Assembly: GCA_001303705.1 (NCBI GenBank)
Contig: LJUI01000030.1
Location: 1-36,318, forward strand
Direction: 5' to 3'
Source of the DNA: a candidate division TA06 bacterium SM23_40
GTDB lineage: Bacteria > LJUI01 > SM1-40
DNA: 36,318 nucleotides
Shown here: in pieces, positions 35,252 to 36,318 of the stretch
Layout: each line of letters opens with the position of its first letter
Position numbering within the stretch: the stretch's first letter is position 1
Notes under the pieces: generated by a model
Told to the model about the DNA's origin: nothing
The model's database searches: none
The model's input: only the letters and a program-made list of their open reading frames with translations
Program-made: the position numbers and the translations under genes

Positions 35252-36316
35252 TTACCAGAAAGACACAGTGAACTCCGTACTCTCCTCATCGATCAGATCA
35301 TCCGGAGGCGTGCCGATCTTCACCGTATAGATGTACGTGCCGGTGGGAGCATTGAACGGAACCGTGTGGCAGATGTGGATGGCTTTGGTCTGGTGGGGAG
35401 ACACACAGATGTAGGTCGGCCCCGCGACGGGATTCCCCGGATATGAGTTTCCGTTCGGCAGCGTCACATCGGCTATCCCATAGAAGCACTGCTGCGTGCC
35501 CGTGTGGGTTGTCACGGTTGCCGTATAGCAGAAATCGCTGCCGAGGTGGATGTTGACCGAATCAGGATCGATGTGGACCGTGGCAGGACGCTGCGCGAAG
35601 GCCGGCGCAGCGAGCTTCGCGGACTGCAGCACCTCCCTCTCTTCGTCTTTTTGGAGGAATAGAACGGTCTCGCAGTTGTCCCAGACCCAGGCCGGATCGA
35701 CCGTGAAATACCAGGACATCTCGACCGTGTCGCCGGGTTGAGTTGTGATCGGCGTTCCGGATGGCCCGGGTACCATATCTCGCATGGTCTGGTGATGCCA
35801 GAGCATCTGGTTCGGAGCGGGCCAGTAAATATTCGACTCGGTAACGACACAGCGTACGACCAGGGCGGGCCACGGGATGGCCTGGGTAATGATGATCTTC
35901 GCCTTCAGCCGGCCGGTATCGCCCCCCATGCTCCCATCAAGGTGAATTTCGAAGAGGCTCGGCACGCTCTCGCGATTCGTAATCATCCCGTCCCAGTAAC
36001 TATGCGATGCGCCTGCGGGGGAGCCGTCGATCCAGAAGTACGGCACGTACCCGGGATCGTAGTAGTTGGTGCGTGCGGTGTTCTCAATGATGTTTGCCTG
36101 GTAGAAGGGATCAGCCGACGAAGGCCACCACGTGTGGTAGCGGATTAGTGCCAGAGTTGCGCTGTGTTCGATCGCCAGGGTGTCGAGCTTCAGATTTGCC
36201 GGCCGGCAGGGACCACAACTCGTGTTGGTGAAGAGCTCTCCCAGAACGATCCTCTGTGTAGCCATCGAGCTGGTTGCGACCGCGAAGAGGCTCAGTACAA
36301 CGATCGCAACGACAGA
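35252..36316 (-). CDS. Omp28-related thioredoxin-fold exported protein with C-terminal Ig-like domain, 5'-truncated
   Basis: Frame is open to the window edge through a signal peptide (SVVAIVVLSLFAVATSSMA). Motifs ELFTNTSCGPC, IRYH..WP...DPFY, VVTES, HHQTMRDM. Confidence 0.82.
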   Translation of the reverse strand, partial: SVVAIVVLSLFAVATSSMATQRIVLGELFTNTSCGPCRPANLKLDTLAIEHSATLALIRYHTWWPSSADPFYQANIIENTARTNYYDPGYVPYFWIDGSPAGASHSYWDGMITNRESVPSLFEIHLDGSMGGDTGRLKAKIIITQAIPWPALVVRCVVTESNIYWPAPNQMLWHHQTMRDMVPGPSGTPITTQPGDTVEMSWYFTVDPAWVWDNCETVLFLQKDEEREVLQSAKLAAPAFAQRPATVHIDPDSVNIHLGSDFCYTATVTTHTGTQQCFYGIADVTLPNGNSYPGNPVAGPTYICVSPHQTKAIHICHTVPFNAPTGTYIYTVKIGTPPDDLIDEESTEFTVSFW

Positions 36317-36318
36317 AT

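Noticed and set aside
36200-36230. Selenocysteine in the Omp28-like redox motif
   Set aside because: Both positions of CGPC are Cys codons (TGT, TGC).

Overview
Chromosomal window from a GC-rich (roughly 60-65% by eye) diderm bacterium; the beta-barrel, Omp28-like and TPR proteins suggest an FCB-group or related uncultured lineage (inference only). All genes are on the + strand except the last. In order: a 5'-truncated TPR protein; a cysteine-rich envelope cluster (Cys-rich secreted leader ending in PPEEPPR, tandem NosL-like lipoprotein, small Cys membrane protein, FtsX/MacB-type permease, ATPase, polytopic PGAMC/CC/HHCxxC protein, lipoprotein) with no nosZ in the window; a long mixed run of uvrA, gcvT, gcvPA, a Zn deacetylase, polX with a basic SR-rich tail, amrS, DUF488, an M23 peptidase, a frameshifted ABC-class ATPase and a second radical SAM enzyme; holA, an acidic zinc-ribbon protein, leuS; tRNA-Arg(ACG), tadA, tRNA-Ser(CGA); a frameshifted ICMT/PEMT methyltransferase; a LeuD/HacB-like subunit and a homoisocitrate-dehydrogenase-like enzyme; three outer-membrane beta-barrel genes, one with a helix-hairpin-helix domain preceded by a degenerate 17-bp repeat array; and a truncated Omp28-like gene on the - strand. 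I found no CRISPR array, integrase or transposase. The best candidate for an undescribed system is the 1.9-7.9 kb Cys-rich NosL/ABC metal-handling cluster with a putative stalling leader. All calls come from reading motifs by eye; no searches were run.
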